From Gemmatimonadales bacterium (GTDB lineage: Bacteria; Gemmatimonadota; Gemmatimonadetes; Gemmatimonadales; GWC2-71-9), in the NCBI GenBank assembly GCA_050733195.1, contig JBOHSH010000003.1, positions 908 through 64,907 of the forward strand: 64,000 nucleotides of DNA. Direction: 5' to 3'. Position 1 is the stretch's first letter; each line of letters starts with the position of its first letter. Below the pieces are notes generated by a model. The model searched no databases. It had not been told where the DNA came from and was given only the letters and a program-made list of their open reading frames with translations. Of the stretch, positions 36,053 to 47,500 are shown in pieces. The translations under genes and the position numbers were made by a program.

Positions 36053-37627
36053 TCAGGATCTGCACAGTCCGGGAATCGCCCTGCCCTCGACGGCGTCGAG
36101 CTCGACGCCGACCAGCCCGCAGAGCGTGGGCGCGAGATCGAGCAGAGAGACGTCAGGCAGTGCCCCCGGCAGGATCCCCGGTCCGGCGGCGGCAAGGAAG
36201 CCGTCAGGCCGGTGCTCGCCGCTCCGGGCGTAGGTGTTCTCTCCCTCGATCCGGCCGATCTCCGGCGACGTCAGAGCGACCCGCGAGGCCTTCCCCCCCG
36301 CCATCTGCCGGCACCCGGTCGGAGGATCCTCGCTCCACTCGACGAGCAGGTCCGGGAGGCAGTTGCTCGATTCCCCCCGATACAGATCCGCCGTGCGGGC
36401 CACCCGCCGGAACGCCGGCCGGCCCGTGCGCTCGTCGACGATAGCCAGAAGCCGTTCCGAGGCGAGAGCGAAGAGGTCCTCCGCTTCACGCCCTGGTGCC
36501 ACCACCCCCGAGGGCTCTCTCCCCCTGAGATTCACCCGGATGCCGGCCACCGGCTGGCCGTTCGGCACCACGAAGCAGCGACTCGAACGGGTATCCACGC
36601 CGAGCGACGGAGGGCGCTTCCGACTTTCGCCGAGCACGCTCGCCCGGACGGGGGAAAGTCTGGTCCGGATGGCAGCAGGCAAGGCCCGATACACCCGGCC
36701 GAGTCCGTCCACGAGACGCGTACGAAGCCCCGCACCTGCCGGCGCCGGGGGCCGCGTGGCCAGACCCAGGCGGAAGAGGACTTCCCGCAGGAGGAACTGG
36801 CCGCCGTACCAGTGCGCCATACCGTGTGCGGAAAAGACGATGACGGTGGCGTCGGAGGCTTCCCGCATCAGAGTGCCGATCGCGTCGTCGATCGCCCGGT
36901 AGACCTGCCTGAGCGGGTCCTCTCCAGAAGGACGGAGCAGCGGATCATGGGCCGGATGCGACGCGTCGTGGAGATGCCAGCATTGGTGGCCCGCGCAGTG
37001 CGCTTCGGTGAACACCTGCAGCAGGAGGTCCCAATTCCGCTCGCGCAGCAACTGGAGCGTGAGCGCCGTCTTGGCCCGTACTGCCCGGGTGAGAAGACCG
37101 GTGAAGGCCTCGAAGTCTCCGCTGCTCGTGCGGATCCCGTCGCAGCTCGGTCCGAGCGGGTAGCGACCGGCAATCGTCTCGACCCGCTGGGCCAGTCCAG
37201 GGGGCGTCGCGCGAAACCCGAAGACACTATCGTGGCCTCCCCATTCCACGGTCTGGATCCCCCGGATGTCCGGATCGAGGCGGGACAGGGGCACATCGAG
37301 GATCGCGACGTCCTTTCCCGCGAGGGAGAGCGCCCGCCAGAACGGAGGCCGGCGCACCCCGTTCTCCCGCAGGAGCGGGTTATCGAGCTCGTAGCTGCCC
37401 GGCCGGAGCTGGAGGAGGTAGTGAACGCCGTGTGCGGCGGGCGTGCAGCCCGTGTAGAATGACGGCCAGGTCGATCCGATGTGAAAGCCATCGATGCCGC
37501 GCATCGTCCCGTGGGCACCGCGGGCGATCAGCTCGGCGAGATGAGGCATCGTTCCGTCGCCGGCCCAGCGGCGAAGGAGCACGGGGCTCCCCGCGTCGAT
37601 GCCGAGCGCGAGGACCCGTGCGCTCAC
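36053..37627 (-). CDS. alkaline-phosphatase superfamily protein (type I phosphodiesterase / nucleotide pyrophosphatase family)
   Basis: GTG 37627 overlaps the GT2 stop (GTGA). The track ORF extends to 37987, but that part overlaps the GT2 gene. Motifs VLALGIDAGSP, GSTWPSFYTG and FSAHGM. Confidence 0.75.
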   Translation of the reverse strand: MSARVLALGIDAGSPVLLRRWAGDGTMPHLAELIARGAHGTMRGIDGFHIGSTWPSFYTGCTPAAHGVHYLLQLRPGSYELDNPLLRENGVRRPPFWRALSLAGKDVAILDVPLSRLDPDIRGIQTVEWGGHDSVFGFRATPPGLAQRVETIAGRYPLGPSCDGIRTSSGDFEAFTGLLTRAVRAKTALTLQLLRERNWDLLLQVFTEAHCAGHQCWHLHDASHPAHDPLLRPSGEDPLRQVYRAIDDAIGTLMREASDATVIVFSAHGMAHWYGGQFLLREVLFRLGLATRPPAPAGAGLRTRLVDGLGRVYRALPAAIRTRLSPVRASVLGESRKRPPSLGVDTRSSRCFVVPNGQPVAGIRVNLRGREPSGVVAPGREAEDLFALASERLLAIVDERTGRPAFRRVARTADLYRGESSNCLPDLLVEWSEDPPTGCRQMAGGKASRVALTSPEIGRIEGENTYARSGEHRPDGFLAAAGPGILPGALPDVSLLDLAPTLCGLVGVELDAVEGRAIPGLCRS

Positions 37628-38517
37628 GAGGCGGCCCGGCTCACCCGGACGGGCAGAAGCAACCGCACGGTGAAGGGCGCATAGCGCCAGCCTCCCGGAC
37701 CTGCAAGCGACCGGAGGTGCCAGCTCCATGCCGAACGGCGATCGCCCTCGCGCAGCAGCAGATCGGCGCCCCAATGGAGCGCGTCGGTTCTTCGCCGGCG
37801 CAGCGTCGAGCGGACGGCCGGCGGCAACGCGAGCCTGTCCAGGGCGGCGAGCCCGTCGGCCTGGGCGAGCAGGAACTCCCGGGATCCATGGAGGTTCCGC
37901 GGAGCGTCCGTGTGCCAGACGACGGTCGGCTCGTCGAGGAACGCGACCCGGAATCCCGTCACGAGTCGGAGGCCCAGGTACGTGCATTCGAGGCCCTTCG
38001 GCATCTCCGCGAAGAGCTGTCCCGACACCGCCTGCCTCCTCGCGAGCCAGGCACCGGGCAGCAGCCAGTTGCTGCGGATCATGGAGCCCACCGGATCCGC
38101 CCGCACGGTCGCCATGTCGGTCACGTGGAGCGCATCGCCTTCGGCGTTGCGCCGGAGCCCGTTCGTAATGACGGCGTCCAGCCCCGGGTCTCGCGCCAGT
38201 CGCTGCACTCGCATGGCGAGCGCACCCGGGAGCAGGATGTCGTCATCGTCGAGGGCGGTGATATAGGTGGTGACCGCCTGCTGTTCCCCGGCGTGCAGCG
38301 CGCCGGCGAGTCCCGACTTCGTGCGTCGCACCAGGGTGAGCTGGATGCTGGTCTCGAGCTCCCGAAGGACCGCGGGATCGGTCTCGTCGCCGTTGACGAT
38401 GACGAGCGGTATGCCGGTGACCTCCTCCTGGTCCAGCACGCTCGCGATCGCCCTGCGAAGGAGGGAGGCGCGCTCGGGCAGCGCCCGCGTCGGAATGAGG
38501 ACCGTGACGTCGCTCAT
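37624..38517 (-). CDS. family 2 glycosyltransferase
   Basis: VTVLIPTR...SVLDQ...ITALDDDD (DxD region), a typical GT2 N-terminal fold. Confidence 0.85.
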   Translation of the reverse strand: MSDVTVLIPTRALPERASLLRRAIASVLDQEEVTGIPLVIVNGDETDPAVLRELETSIQLTLVRRTKSGLAGALHAGEQQAVTTYITALDDDDILLPGALAMRVQRLARDPGLDAVITNGLRRNAEGDALHVTDMATVRADPVGSMIRSNWLLPGAWLARRQAVSGQLFAEMPKGLECTYLGLRLVTGFRVAFLDEPTVVWHTDAPRNLHGSREFLLAQADGLAALDRLALPPAVRSTLRRRRTDALHWGADLLLREGDRRSAWSWHLRSLAGPGGWRYAPFTVRLLLPVRVSRAAS

Positions 38518-38528
38518 CGCCGCCTGAC

Positions 38529-40031
38529 ATGATCGTGGATGCCGGCAGTCTCTCCCGGGATCGCACGCTGGAGACGGACGTCTGCATCGTCGGCGCCGGG
38601 CCGGCGGGGCTCGTGCTGGCTCACCGGCTCGCCCGGTCCGGCCGCGAAGTCCTCGTCCTCGAAAGCGGAGCCCTGGCCGGAGAGCATGCCGCGCAGCGAC
38701 TCAACGAGGGCCGGGTGATCGGCGGTCCCTACGCCGGGCTTCGGGAAACGCGCTGGCGGCAGGTCGGAGGCTCCGCGAACCGCTGGAACACGATGGTGGA
38801 CGGACATGCGTTCGCGAAGTTCACTCCCCTCGACGAGTGGGATCTCCAGGCCTGGCCGTTCGGTCCAGCCGATCTCGCTCCCTGGTACCGGGAGGCGCAG
38901 CATGTCCTGCGTCTGGGCCCGCATGCCTACGAGGGGAGCGACTGGCCCGATCCGAACCGGCCGGAGCTGCCCCTGGCTTCGGATGTGTTCGTCACCCGGA
39001 TCTACCAGTTCGGGACGGCCGGCACCGTGCTCGCGATGGCCGAGGCGGTGCGTACGAGCGACCGGATCCGTGTCTGTCCCGGCCTGACGGCAACCGGTGT
39101 GACGCTCGACGGCTCGGGGTCACGCGTCACCGGACTCGCCGCCGCGCGGCTCGACGGTCTCACCGTTCGCGTCGCGGCCTCCCGGGTGATCCTCGCCGCC
39201 GGAGCCATCGAGAACGCGCGGCTGCTGTTGCTCCTGCGTCAGGGAACCCTGGCCGGGCAGGCGTGGCTCGGTCGGGGATTCATGGAGCACCCGCGCGACT
39301 ACTCCCTGGCGCTCCTGCCGGCCTCGCCCACGCTGCTCGACCGCATGGGGTTCTACGATGCCCACCGCGCGGCCGACGGCACGATCATCGGGGGACGTCT
39401 CGGACTCACGCGCGACGCCGTCGTTGCGGACCGGCTGCCCAATGCCGCGGTCACCCTGCTCCCGCGCCGGCGGCCGCTCGGCCCGCTCGCGACCCTGGTC
39501 GACCGGACGCTGCTTCGGACCCCGAGAGGGTACGGCTGGTCACGGGTGCGCGCTCCGGGCCGCCGTTACGACGGACTTCGGCTGGTGATCAATCTGGAGC
39601 AGCGGCCCCGGCTCGAGAACTGCATCCGGCTGGGCCCGGACCGGGACCCGCTGGGCCTTCCGCGACCGGTCCTCGAGTGGTCGTGGAGCGCGGAGGAGCA
39701 GGCGGGCCTCGAACGCCTCCGGGCCGGCCTCGCGCGCGGGTTAGGCGACGCCGGAATCGGCAGGCTCGTGATCGAGCCCGGCGCCCGGCCCGACCCCAAC
39801 GCCCATCACCACGCCGGCACGACCCGCATGCACGTCGATCCGCGGGAAGGCGTGGTGGATGCCGACTGCCGGGTACACGGCCTCGAGAATCTCTACGTGG
39901 CCGGCGGGTCCGTCTTCCCGTCCGCCGGCTTCGCCAATCCGGTGCTGACCATCGTCGCCCTCTGCCTCCGGCTCGCGGCCCATCTCGACGGCCTCAATGC
40001 GCCATCCCGCTCGCCTCCGCGAACTTCCTGA
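38529..40031 (+). CDS. GMC-family FAD-dependent oxidoreductase
   Basis: Dinucleotide fold [32 protein letters not shown]-terminal GMC motif HHAGTTRM...[23 protein letters not shown]. Confidence 0.85.
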   Translation: MIVDAGSLSRDRTLETDVCIVGAGPAGLVLAHRLARSGREVLVLESGALAGEHAAQRLNEGRVIGGPYAGLRETRWRQVGGSANRWNTMVDGHAFAKFTPLDEWDLQAWPFGPADLAPWYREAQHVLRLGPHAYEGSDWPDPNRPELPLASDVFVTRIYQFGTAGTVLAMAEAVRTSDRIRVCPGLTATGVTLDGSGSRVTGLAAARLDGLTVRVAASRVILAAGAIENARLLLLLRQGTLAGQAWLGRGFMEHPRDYSLALLPASPTLLDRMGFYDAHRAADGTIIGGRLGLTRDAVVADRLPNAAVTLLPRRRPLGPLATLVDRTLLRTPRGYGWSRVRAPGRRYDGLRLVINLEQRPRLENCIRLGPDRDPLGLPRPVLEWSWSAEEQAGLERLRAGLARGLGDAGIGRLVIEPGARPDPNAHHHAGTTRMHVDPREGVVDADCRVHGLENLYVAGGSVFPSAGFANPVLTIVALCLRLAAHLDGLNAPSRSPPRTS

Positions 40032-41097
40032 ACAGCTCCTGCTGCTCGGGAGAAAGCTGCTCGGGCAGCGACACCTGCACCGTCACCAGCTGATCGCCCC
40101 GCGCGTCGCCCTTGGGAATCCCCTCGTTGCGGATCCGGAACTTCCTCCCCGGCTGGGTCCCCGGCGGGATCCGGATCTTCACCTTCTTGCCGTCGAGCGT
40201 CCGGACCTGCAGCGTGGCCCCGAGCACCGCCTGCGCGAGGTCGAGCCTCACGTCGCAGTGAACGTCGAGCCCCTCCCGATGGAAGAACTTGTCCGGCTGC
40301 ACGACGAAGGTGACCAGGAGGTCGCCCGCCGGCGCCCCACCCTGCCCCGGCTCACCCTGACCCTTGAGCCTGATCTTGGTACCGGTATCGGTGCCCGGGG
40401 GAACGGTGATCATCACCTTCCGGATCGTCCGCACCTCTCCCACCCCGGCGCAGGTCGGGCACTTCTCCGAGGGGACTTTCCCCCGCCCGCGACAAACCGG
40501 GCAGGGCCGGTTCACGGCGAATCCCCCCTGGCCGAACGAGATCGTGCCGCGTCCCTTGCACTCCGAGCACGTCGAGAGCGTGGCGCCGCTCGCCGCGCCG
40601 CTCCCGCCGCACGTCGGGCAGGCCTCGCTGACGGCGAGGTCAACGGGGACCTTGCCGCCCAGGGCGGCGACACGGAACGGGATCTCGAGGGAGGTCTCGA
40701 TCGACTCGCCGCGCGGCTCGTCCTTGCGGCCCCCCCTGAAGATGGAGCTGAAGATGTCTCCGAGCCCCCCGAGGTCGCCGAAGTCGAACATCTCGCCGGG
40801 ACCGCCACGCGCGCCGGAAGGTCCGCGCCCCGCCCCCGCCCCCGCCCCCGACCCCCCGCGGGCGAAGGTGTCGAAGGCGCCGAGCTTCCGCATCTGGTCG
40901 TACTTCTTCCGCTTTTCGGAATCGGAGAGCACGCCGTGCGCCTCGGAGATCTGCTTGAAGGTCTCCGCCGCCTGGGTGTTGGTCGGGTTGGCGTCGGGGT
41001 GGTACTGCTTGGCGAGACGCCGATAGGCCTTCTTGATCTCGTTCTGCGTCGCGGATTCGGAGACGCCGAGAATCTGGTAGAAGTCCTTGGAGGCCAC
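39994..41097 (-). CDS. dnaJ: molecular chaperone DnaJ
   Basis: GTG start abuts the grpE stop. J domain DFYQILGV...HPD, a G-rich linker and four CxxCxGxG zinc motifs ([32 protein letters not shown]). The 3' end overlaps the GMC gene by 38 nt (convergent). Confidence 0.92.
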   Translation of the reverse strand: MASKDFYQILGVSESATQNEIKKAYRRLAKQYHPDANPTNTQAAETFKQISEAHGVLSDSEKRKKYDQMRKLGAFDTFARGGSGAGAGAGRGPSGARGGPGEMFDFGDLGGLGDIFSSIFRGGRKDEPRGESIETSLEIPFRVAALGGKVPVDLAVSEACPTCGGSGAASGATLSTCSECKGRGTISFGQGGFAVNRPCPVCRGRGKVPSEKCPTCAGVGEVRTIRKVMITVPPGTDTGTKIRLKGQGEPGQGGAPAGDLLVTFVVQPDKFFHREGLDVHCDVRLDLAQAVLGATLQVRTLDGKKVKIRIPPGTQPGRKFRIRNEGIPKGDARGDQLVTVQVSLPEQLSPEQQELFRKFAEASGMAH

Positions 41098-41694
41098 TTA
41101 GGCGTGACCCCCGGACGCGAAGACCTGGACCCGTGCCGGCCGCACCAGGCTGCCCTTGAAGCGGTAGCCCACCTGGAACACGGCGCTCACGAGGTGGTCC
41201 TGCTCAGGCGACGGCGGTGGCAGAACCGACACGGCTTCGTGCAGCGTAGGATCGAACGGCGCACCCTGCGGGTCGAGGCGCTCCAGGCCGGCAGCCTCGA
41301 GCTCCTTACGGAGCTTCCGGTCGACCAGCTGCATCCCCTCGAGCAGCGCCTCCGCCGGAGTCCCGGGCTCGCTCGCCACGATGCGGTCCATGTCGTCGAG
41401 GACCTCGGCCAGCCGCATCACCAGGGCGGCCTGCGCCCGGTCGGCGAGCTCGATGCGCTCGCGGGCGACCCGCTTGCGGAAGTTGTCGAACTCGGCAGCA
41501 AGGCGAAGATGGCGGTCCTGCGCCTCACGAAGCTGGTCCTCCAGCCGTCGCTGCGCCTCCTCCGGGGGCTCCATCGGAACCCCACTGACCGGCGCCCTCT
41601 CGCTCGCTCCGGCAGGACCCGCTGCGGCGTCCAGCTCGATCGGCGGGGCGTCCTCAGCCGGGGCGCTTTCTTCAAATGCCTTGTCCTTCTTCAC
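41098..41694 (-). CDS. grpE: nucleotide exchange factor GrpE
   Basis: RLAAEFDNFRKR and a C-terminal beta-domain GYRFKGSLVRPARV. Confidence 0.9.
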   Translation of the reverse strand: MKKDKAFEESAPAEDAPPIELDAAAGPAGASERAPVSGVPMEPPEEAQRRLEDQLREAQDRHLRLAAEFDNFRKRVARERIELADRAQAALVMRLAEVLDDMDRIVASEPGTPAEALLEGMQLVDRKLRKELEAAGLERLDPQGAPFDPTLHEAVSVLPPPSPEQDHLVSAVFQVGYRFKGSLVRPARVQVFASGGHA

Positions 41695-41749
41695 TTACGG
41701 CTCCGCGGGTCAGGGTAAAGAACTCACAAATGTAGCATTCCCCATGCCC

Positions 41750-42994
41750 TCAGTCTCCTGCCGATTTGGCGCGCCGGAGAAGGCCCCAGAGAGCGAACTG
41801 TGCGGCCCGGGCCCGGATCTCCGGTCGGGTTCCCGGAAAGACGTACCGCTCCGTCTGGATCCCTTGGGGGCCGTCGAACCCGAACCAGACGAGACCCACG
41901 GGCTTCTCGTCCGACCCGCCATCCGGACCCGCGATACCCGTCACGGCCACCGCCAGCGAGGCGCCAAGGCGACGGCGAATGCGGGATGCCATGGCTGCCG
42001 CGGTCTCCGCGCTGACCGCGCCGTGGGCGTCGAGCGTGGGTTGCGGCACGTCCAGCAGATCGCGCTTCACCTCGTTCCCGTAGGCCACGACACCCCCGAC
42101 GAACACGTCCGAGCTGCCGGCGATCTCGGTAATCCGCTTCGACACGAGGCCGCCGGTGCAGGACTCCGTCACCGCGACCGTCAAGCGGCGCTCGCGCGCG
42201 GCACGAAGGAGCACCTCGGCGAGGTCCTCGCGATCGCGCGCGTAGGCATGACTTTCCAGCGCGCCCTCGAGCCGCGCCGCCGCCTCCGCGAGGCGACGGT
42301 CGGCCTCATCAGGCGGGAGGTTCCACGCAGTGAGTCGAAGATCCACGCCGTCGAGCGTCGGGAGGAACGCGAGCGAGAGCGGCTCGATCGTGGACTCGAT
42401 CGCGGCGACGCGGTCGGCGAGGACGCTCTCCGGCAGCGCCGTCGTGCGCACGACGAGCGATCGAATCACCGTGCCGCCCGATCGCGCGGCCAGGCGGGGG
42501 AGGATCTCGTGGGTCAGGAGGTTCCGCATCTCGAGCGGCACGCCGGGGAGCATGATGACCTCGCCGGGCTCTCCCGCGAGCCAGAGTCCCGGCGCCGTCC
42601 CCCACCGGTTCGGGATCACCGTCGCGCCGCGGGGAACCTCGGCCTGGCAGCGATTGCGCTCGGCGATGGTCCGGCCCATCCGGGCCCAGCGCGCCGCCAG
42701 CTCCTCCCAGATCGCCGGCTGGAACTCGAGGGGCGCGCCGAAGAGCTCGGCGACGGCCACCTTGGTGAGATCGTCCTTGGTGGGCCCCAGGCCGCCGGTC
42801 GTGAGCACCAGCCGAGTGCGGCGGAGCGCCTCGCCCACGGCGTCGCGAACTGCGGAGGGGTCGTCGGGGACGGAGGTGCGGCGCGCGATCCGGAAGCCTG
42901 CCGCGGAGAGCGCCTGCCCCAGGAACGCCGAATTGGTGTCGACCACGAAGCCGAGCAGCAGCTCGTTGCCGACGGTGACGAGCTCGAGATCCAT
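41750..42994 (-). CDS. cinA: competence/damage-inducible protein CinA (MoCF-binding domain plus nicotinamide-nucleotide amidohydrolase domain)
   Basis: The track start is TTG 43000; ATG 42994 (MDLELVTVGNELLLG) is preferred. Motifs TTGGLGPTKDD and ESCTGG. Confidence 0.88.
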   Translation of the reverse strand: MDLELVTVGNELLLGFVVDTNSAFLGQALSAAGFRIARRTSVPDDPSAVRDAVGEALRRTRLVLTTGGLGPTKDDLTKVAVAELFGAPLEFQPAIWEELAARWARMGRTIAERNRCQAEVPRGATVIPNRWGTAPGLWLAGEPGEVIMLPGVPLEMRNLLTHEILPRLAARSGGTVIRSLVVRTTALPESVLADRVAAIESTIEPLSLAFLPTLDGVDLRLTAWNLPPDEADRRLAEAAARLEGALESHAYARDREDLAEVLLRAARERRLTVAVTESCTGGLVSKRITEIAGSSDVFVGGVVAYGNEVKRDLLDVPQPTLDAHGAVSAETAAAMASRIRRRLGASLAVAVTGIAGPDGGSDEKPVGLVWFGFDGPQGIQTERYVFPGTRPEIRARAAQFALWGLLRRAKSAGD

Positions 42995-43020
42995 GCCCAA
43001 ACCTAGCGGGCGACCTCAGC

Positions 43021-43063
43021 GCCGAAAGCAAACCAGCCGGCGGCATCCTCTGCCGCCGGCTGG
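43021..43063 (-). terminator. rho-independent terminator after susD-like gene
   Basis: Perfect 13-bp stem CCAGCCGGCGGCA (43033-43045) / TGCCGCCGGCTGG (43051-43063). On the minus strand it is followed by TTTGCTTTC. Confidence 0.7.
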
Positions 43064-43094
43064 CAGACCCCGAAGGGCCTCGGGATGTTAGAGA

Positions 43095-44537
43095 TCAGGT
43101 CCCGCCCCCCGGACAGCTCTTGGGAGCAGCCGCGCCGGCCCGCGAACGGGAGTCGCATTCCTGGCTCGGCAGCACGCTGTAGGGAGCCACCGTGAAGCTG
43201 GCGGCCATGTCCTGCGCGAGTGTTCCCAGAGTCGCGAGTCGGCCGAACCGCCGGTAGTCGGGGAACCGATGTCCCTCCTGGAAGAGCGACAGGGACCGCT
43301 GCAACAGCAGCTCGGTCGTGAAATCCGTGGCGTTCGCGGGCGTAGCGAACTGGACTGCCGCCGTGCCCCCGTTCGTCGCGCCCGAGGCGCTCCGGACCGC
43401 CGCGAGGTCGGCGATGGCGCCGGCCTGATCGCCGGTGAACCACCGCGCTTCGGCCCTGATCAGCTGCAGCTCCTCGTTCCGGACGATCGGGATCGGCGTG
43501 ACATTGGTCGCGTAGGTGCACGGCCGGTTGACGGCCGTCACGCTGACCAGGGTCCTCGAGGAGTAGGCGCCCCCGCAGACCGTCGCGCCCTTCAGGATCT
43601 TCCGGCGATAGCGATCGTCGGCGGCGGCTCCGGTGAGCGCGTCGAACAGGGGATGCACGTACAGGTTGTTGTTGGTGGCGAAGGAGATGCCGTTCAGCAC
43701 GTCGCCGGCGGCGATGGAGAAGACCACGTAGACCCCGTTGTCCCGGTTCGTCGCGGTCAGGGCCGAGAAGAACGACGCCGCGACGGCGGTGGCCGCCGCC
43801 GAGTAGCAGGGCGCCCCGCACCCCAGCGAGCCGCGCTTAGCCTCCACCCGCGCCTTGAGCGCCCGGTTGAGCTGCCCGAAGCCGGCCGGCGTGTTGGCCG
43901 CGACGCCGACCCCGAAGCCCGTGGGAATCGGGAAATAGAAGGACGTTCCCGCCGCGTCGAGATCCGCCTTCGCCTCGTCGAGCTTGGCCGTGATCCACTT
44001 GTAGACGGAATCCTCCGGCACGAACGGATGGACCTCGTTCACGTCGTCGGTCATGTCCACGACCGCGCCGATCGAGCCGCGCGCCTCGATGACGTGCAGG
44101 AGCTCGAGCGCCAGGATCGTCTTGAGGACCCCGGTCCCGCCCTTCTTCTCCGTGGGCGTGATGGGGCCGTCCGGGGTGTTGGTGATGAGCTTGATCGCCT
44201 CGTAGATGTTCCGGTAATTGCCGTACGGGCCGCCCCACGCCGTCCCGGCGGTGAAGGCGTTGTTCTGGGCCCAGTCGCGGTACGGTCCGGTCACGCTCCG
44301 GCCGTCCTGCGGGGTCATGTTGTAGGTCTCGCGCCCGTAGCTGCCGAAGGCGTTGATGAGCCCGCCCCGGGCGCCGCGATAGCTGGCGATCACGCCCCCG
44401 ATCAGCCGGATGCTCGCGTCGCGCGGGTTGAGCGCGGCGGTCTCCTGGCTCGGCGTATTCGGGTTCGTGATGTCGAGCTTTCCGCAGCCGCCCAGCACCA
44501 CGGCGGCCACGGCGAGGCTGCTGATCGTGCGTCGCAT
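43095..44537 (-). CDS. RagB/SusD-family outer membrane lipoprotein
   Basis: Start moved to ATG 44537, giving MRRTISSLAVAAVVLGGC (lipobox). Size and position directly downstream of a SusC-like gene fit the family. Confidence 0.75.
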   Translation of the reverse strand: MRRTISSLAVAAVVLGGCGKLDITNPNTPSQETAALNPRDASIRLIGGVIASYRGARGGLINAFGSYGRETYNMTPQDGRSVTGPYRDWAQNNAFTAGTAWGGPYGNYRNIYEAIKLITNTPDGPITPTEKKGGTGVLKTILALELLHVIEARGSIGAVVDMTDDVNEVHPFVPEDSVYKWITAKLDEAKADLDAAGTSFYFPIPTGFGVGVAANTPAGFGQLNRALKARVEAKRGSLGCGAPCYSAAATAVAASFFSALTATNRDNGVYVVFSIAAGDVLNGISFATNNNLYVHPLFDALTGAAADDRYRRKILKGATVCGGAYSSRTLVSVTAVNRPCTYATNVTPIPIVRNEELQLIRAEARWFTGDQAGAIADLAAVRSASGATNGGTAAVQFATPANATDFTTELLLQRSLSLFQEGHRFPDYRRFGRLATLGTLAQDMAASFTVAPYSVLPSQECDSRSRAGAAAPKSCPGGGT

Positions 44538-44595
44538 GAGTGCACTCCTCCGCCTGGTGGCGATCGATGTCCCGGGAATTCGGTGAGTCATGGGA

Positions 44596-47500
44596 TCACC
44601 ACCCGACGTCGACGGAGAAGAAGAACTGCCGCATGGACGGGAACGGTGCCAGGTCGATGAACCGGTTCAGGTTCGTCGCGCCGAAGTTGTTGAACTCCGG
44701 ATCGAAGCTCCAGTAGCCCGTGAACATGAACGGATTCCGCGCCTGGAACGTGAGACGCATGGTCCGGCCGCCCAGCGCCCGGGCGATCCGATTGGGCATC
44801 TCGTAGCTGACCGAGACGTCCCGAACCCGGAGGAAGCCGCCGTCCTCGAGGTAGGCGCGGACGTCGCTGCCGTTGCTCCACGCCCCGTAGCGGTACGGCC
44901 CCGCGGTGCATTCCTCGGTGCCGTTGCCGCACGCGAGACCGCTGGGCACGTCCAGGTCCCAGTCGCTGTGGAAGATGTCCGACGAGACCGGGTCGTCGTA
45001 GTCGCGCGAGGTCCCGCCCTCGTCCCACAGCGTGCGGGTCATGTTCGCGACGTACCCGCCCTGGCGCCAGTCCATGGTGAGCGCCAGGCTCAGCCGCTTC
45101 CAGGTGAGAAGGCTGTTGAAGTTCATCACGAAATCCGGGTTCGCATCGGCGGCCACCGTGTCGCGGGTGAGCGCCACCGACGAGGGATTCGTGATCCGGA
45201 CGCCTATCGGCAGCGGGTTGAGATTCGCGTCGAGCGGCACGTTCCCCCAGATCCACGTCGTCCGGCCGCCGGAGGTGATGAAGTTCCGGCCGAACGCCGC
45301 GCCGAACGAGCCCGGCGCCGGGAACCTCGGCACGTCCGCCGGAAGGCTCTTGATCTCCTGCTTGTTCTTCTGCCAGGTGGCGCGGAGGTTCCAGTCGAGA
45401 TCCCGCCGCTGGACCGCCACGTAGGACAGCCCGAGCTCGATGCCGCGGTTGGAGAGCTCGCCGCCGTTGATGAATCGCGCCCCGAGGCCGCCGGACGGAA
45501 TCGTCGCCGGCTGGAGCAGGAGATCGGTGATCTTCCGACGGTACAGGGTGCCTTCGAACTGAAGGCGGCGGTTCGCGAGCGTCAGATCGATGCCGCCCTC
45601 GATCTCCGAGAGCGTCTCCGGCTTCACCTGCGGGTTACCGGCCGTCCCTGCCTGCACCAGCGTCGCGTTCCCGCCGATCACGCCGCCCGAGGCCAGCAGC
45701 AGGTCGCGGGCCGCGTAGTTCGGGCGGTTGCCGGTGTGGCCCCACCCGGCGCGCAGCTTCACCTCGTTGACCATGGTGCTGATGTCGGGAATGCGGTACG
45801 ACGCCGAGGCGCGCGGGAAGTAGTAGAACTTGTCGCGATCGCCGTTCGCGCTCGAACGGTCGGCACGCACGCCGCCGGTGAGAGCCAGCCGGTCATCCAG
45901 GGCGAGGATCTGCTCGTTGATGAAGAATGCCTCGTCGCGGAACTCGATGACGCCGTCCGAATAGTCCAGCACCGTGCCGCTGTTCGACGTCTCCACGCCC
46001 GGCAGAAGGCCGCGGGCACGGGTGCGGACCACGCGGTTGTACTGGTTCTCGTAGGTGAGCCCGACCGACGTCGTCAGGGACACCGAGCGGGTCGGCTGGA
46101 ATCCCCAGTTGGCCACCAGGGAGCCGTTGTAGTTGAGAATGTTGCCCTCGGTCCGGACCGAGCGGCCGGAGAAGCCGTCGGTGGCCGCGGGGTTCTCGTA
46201 CTGGAGGAAGGCGGGCGAGAAGAGATCGCCCGACACCTGGGCCCGGTCGAACCCGCCGGTCAGGGTGAGCGAAACCTGGTGCTTCTCGAGATTCACCGCC
46301 GACCACGTACCGGTCAGGTTGCCGGTCTGCCGGAAGCTCTCGTCCTCGAGCTTGAGGAACTCGAACGTCTCGAACGGATTCGATACGTCCCGGCCGCCGC
46401 CGTTGAACGGGTTGCGCACGTAGAGGCCGCTCGGCGTGATCGAGTCGAGGTTGATCACCCCCGGCGTGTACCCGAAGCAGTAGATCGGCGAGGTGCAGGT
46501 GTTGTCGTTGTTCGACAGCCCGCGATTCAGGACGTTCTGGGTGATGTTGAGCCCGACATTGAACTTGAACTTCCCGTCGGCGAATGACTGGTCGATGTTG
46601 GTCCGGAGCGCACGCAGCTTGGCGCTGGTGTTCGGCGCCGTTCCCGTCTCGTTCCGCTCGGTGACGTTGACGAAGTACTGGGTGCCCTGCGAGCCGCCGC
46701 TGTAGCTGACGGTGAGCTCGTGCGAGGGCGTGCTGTTGTCGTAGAACTCCTCGAGATAGTTCCGCGTGCGCGGGATGGTCCCGTTCGGGTAGAGCTGATT
46801 CAGCACGGCCTCCCCCGTGGCGCCGTTGCCGTAGGGGATGTTGAGCACCTGCTCGACCGTGGTGAACTGACGTGTCCCGAGCAGCCGGTACGCGCGGCTG
46901 GTCCCGATCCGGCCGGTCGCGTTGAAGCTCGGCGTCCCGGGGGCGCCCCGCTTGGTGCGGATCACCACGACCCCGTTGGTCGCGCGGGAGCCGTAAATCG
47001 CGGTCGCCGCGGCCGACTTGAGGATCTCCACCGACTCGATCTCCGCGGGGTTCAGATCGGCGAGCCGGTTCACGAGGGCGTCCTGGCTGCCGCCGATGCC
47101 CGCAGCCGTGGTTCGGCCGCCGGCGCCGGTCACGGAGTTGGCGCCCGCCGAGAAGGCGTCGTTGGAGATGATGACTCCGTCCACCACGAACAGCGGCTGG
47201 CCCTGACCGAGGATCGAGGTCACCCCGCGGATCGTCACCTGGCCGCCTCCGCCGGGCGCTCCGCTGTTCATCGAGATCGTCGCGCCGAGCACCTTGCCCT
47301 GGAGCGCCTGCTCGAGGGCCTGCGCGGGCGCGTTGGTCAGCTCGTCGCTCGCCACCTTGGCGACCGCCGTGGTGGCGTTCCGTCGCTCGAGCGTCGTCGT
47401 CTGGCCGGTCACCACCACTTCCTCGAGCCGGAACGGATCCTCCTCGAGCCGGACCTCGACGGTGTTCTCGCCGGCGTTGACGAGGACCTCCTTGCGCTGG

